DNA from: Oscillospiraceae bacterium
GTDB taxonomy: Bacteria > Bacillota > Clostridia > Oscillospirales > Oscillospiraceae
NCBI GenBank assembly: GCA_045595865.1
Contig: JAZOBG010000150.1
Location: 1 to 44,521 of the forward strand
Length of the DNA: 44,521 bases
Reading direction: 5' to 3'
Below, in pieces: positions 43,926 through 44,521 of the stretch. The position numbers and the translations under genes were made by a program. The notes under the pieces are model-generated. The model was given only the letters and a program-made list of their open reading frames with translations. It did no database searches and was not told the origin of the DNA. Numbering within the stretch: position 1 is the stretch's first letter; each line of letters starts with the position of its first letter.

Positions 43926-44521
43926 ATGAGCAAAACATTTGTATATGTCGGAAACTGGAGTTTTCAGGCCAATCCCGCTAAGGGCAAGGGTATATCAATT
44001 TTTGAGTATGAGCCGGAAAGCGGCGATCTGAAGCTGATCGAGACCATCTGCCCCGAGGTGGCGGCGGGCTATATCACACTGGACGAAGCCAACGGTATGC
44101 TTTACAGCAACGACGAACGGGGTGAGCGCCACGGGGAGATCGGCGGCGGCGGCTATCTGCTGGCTTTCCGCATCGACCGCTCCACCGGAAAGCTGACTGA
44201 GGTGAACCGGGTGGAATCCCTCAGCCCGGAGCCCTCCTATGTGACGTTGGACAAAACGGGAAAGTATCTCTACACCTGTCACTGCTCCGATCCCTTCTTT
44301 GTCACCAGGGTCGTTCGGAAAGAGGACGGCACCTACGGCAACGAGGTGGTGTTCTGCGATGGCGGGCTGATGATGTTCCGCATCAATGAGGACGGCAGCA
44401 TCGGTCCCTGCTGCGATGTGTCCCTGCAAGAGGGAGATTACGGCAAGGGGCCCAACAGCGTGCGCCGGGTAGATCCCTTGTCAGGTCACGTTCAATTTAC
44501 CCAGGTGATTTCCAGAATGCA
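43926..44521 (+). CDS. Lactonase-family 7-bladed beta-propeller protein (partial, continues past window end)
   Basis: The ATG at 43926 follows GAGGAGGAG. I translated it by hand as MSKTFVYVGNWSF...GISIFEYEPESGDLKLIETI...GYITLDEANGMLYSNDE...EPSYVTLDKTGKYLYTCH. This matches the N-terminal blades of the 6-phosphogluconolactonase-like family. It is absent from the ORF track because no stop is reached. Confidence 0.6.
   Translation, partial: MSKTFVYVGNWSFQANPAKGKGISIFEYEPESGDLKLIETICPEVAAGYITLDEANGMLYSNDERGERHGEIGGGGYLLAFRIDRSTGKLTEVNRVESLSPEPSYVTLDKTGKYLYTCHCSDPFFVTRVVRKEDGTYGNEVVFCDGGLMMFRINEDGSIGPCCDVSLQEGDYGKGPNSVRRVDPLSGHVQFTQVISRM

Noticed and set aside
42979-43938. An apparent 320-codon N-terminal extension that makes the LysR ORF 640 aa long.
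   Set aside because: The extension is antisense, in the codon-aligned register, to the well-supported plus-strand gene at 43078-43914. LysR proteins start at the HTH, and a GTG with AAAGGAG is present at 42978.
43995-44429. A 144-aa minus-strand ORF near the window end.
   Set aside because: It is antisense to the lactonase-like gene, which starts at 43926 with a strong SD and is open to the window end. The track misses that gene only because it has no stop.
1-44521. A search by eye for CRISPR repeats, IS elements or transposases, integrases, phage genes, toxin-antitoxin pairs and restriction-modification genes.
   Set aside because: I found no regularly spaced repeats, no terminal inverted repeats flanking a transposase-like ORF, and no recognisable translations of those classes. 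The only repeats seen are short regulatory-scale ones, reported above.

Overview
This is a 44.5-kb chromosomal segment from a Gram-positive, Clostridia-type genome. Supporting signs are GGAGG-type Shine-Dalgarno sites, a T-box leader, an IspH-ribosomal protein S1 fusion and the scpA-scpB-ytfI-ytfJ-dacB-rluB sporulation-linked synteny. I cannot assign a species. I call about 46 protein genes (two run off the window ends), two tandem tRNA-Ser genes, one T-box riboswitch, and several near-consensus sigma-70-type promoters and intrinsic terminators. Positions 1-25.7 kb are mostly housekeeping: Hsp33, an M50 protease, ScpAB, cmk-plsC-ispH/S1, carD-ispD-ispF, PcrA and DNA repair. Positions 25.8-44.5 kb are transport, regulation and catabolism, with visibly lower G+C from about 38.7 to 43.9 kb. 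I saw no CRISPR array, transposase, integrase, prophage gene or recognisable defence gene. Five candidates stand out. (1) A self-contained operon couples a soluble DUF2156 protein (MprF C-terminal-like aminoacyl-tRNA transferase fold) to the function-unknown TIGR03960/TIGR03936 radical SAM pair. (2) A T-box leader with a readable UGG (Trp) specifier controls a three-gene ABC importer. (3) An OmpR-type two-component system with a membrane-anchored accessory protein sits divergent from an Opp-like importer that is translationally coupled to an Ig-domain esterase. (4) A LysR regulator is divergent from a DAPG/phloretin-hydrolase-like gene followed by a beta-propeller lactonase-like gene, which may be a polyphenol C-C cleavage locus and runs off the window. 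(5) A DUF3343 carrier-like protein is paired with a class V desulfurase. All functional assignments come from reading the translations by eye, and no database search was possible.
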